Assembly (NCBI GenBank): GCA_951406725.2 | Contig: OX597815.1 | Coordinates: 189,596,001-189,660,000 of the forward strand | Source: Octopus vulgaris | Taxonomy: Eukaryota | Reading direction: 5' to 3' | DNA length: 64,000 bases | Shown: positions 63,557-64,000 of the stretch, one piece after another | Position numbering within the stretch: position 1 is the stretch's first letter | How the letters are laid out: each line of letters opens with the position of its first letter | The notes under the pieces: generated by a model | What the model saw: only the letters and a program-made list of their open reading frames with translations | Database searches by the model: none | What the model was told of the DNA's origin: nothing | Program-made: the position numbers and the translations under genes

Positions 63557-63725
63557 GGAGAGGCTGCGTGGTAAGTAGCTTGCTTACCAACCACATGGTT
63601 CCGGGTTCAGTCCCACTGCATGGCACCTTGGGCAAGTGTATTCTACTATAGCCTCAGGCTGACCAAAGCCTTGTGAGTGGATTTGGTTGATGGAAACGGA
63701 AAGAAGCCCATCATATAAATATATG

Positions 63726-63786
<61 letters not shown>

Positions 63787-64000
63787 CTGTGTGCATGTGT
63801 TTGTGTGCCTGTGTTTGTATCCCCAACATCGCTTGACAACCAATAGTGGTGTGTTTACGTCCCCGTAACTTAGCGGTTCGGCAAAAAGTGACCAATAGAA
63901 TAAGTACTAGGCTTACAAAGAATAAGTCCTGGGGTCGATTTGTTCAACTAAAGGTGGTGCTCCAGTATGGCCACAGTCAAATGACTGAAACAAGTAAAAG
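63557..64000 (+). mobile_element. Family A SINE (tail runs to the window edge)
   Basis: Family A head, CORE-like block and tail. Confidence 0.9.

Overview
AT-rich eukaryotic genomic DNA, very rich in microsatellites ((TA)n, (CA)n, (CAT)n, (TAA)n, (CTT)n) and short retroposons. The repeat make-up is what I would expect of a cephalopod (Octopus-like) genome; that assignment is inference. Almost all ORFs in the supplied track are translations of microsatellites or SINEs. The only long real coding region is a 5'-truncated R4/Dong-clade non-LTR retrotransposon (RT, CCHC knuckle, restriction-like endonuclease; 29254-31272) inserted in a (TAA)n tract. The window also holds five recurring SINE-like families (my labels A-E), RTE and CR1/L2-like LINE fragments, Tc1/mariner and piggyBac-type MITEs, a foldback element, a short Gypsy-like LTR plus primer-binding site, and a few candidate host exons. 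The most notable signal is a set of type I hammerhead ribozyme motifs in three unrelated repeat families. One family is a tRNA-headed SINE whose 3' part carries a Penelope-type minimal hammerhead, and another is an inverted pair near the start of the window. Other points of interest: a 7 x 184-bp head-to-tail SINE multimer, a piggyBac MITE dimer that appears to move as one unit with a captured spacer, and a LINE 3' end that shares its tail with the commonest SINE. All calls are from reading the sequence by eye; repeat boundaries are approximate.
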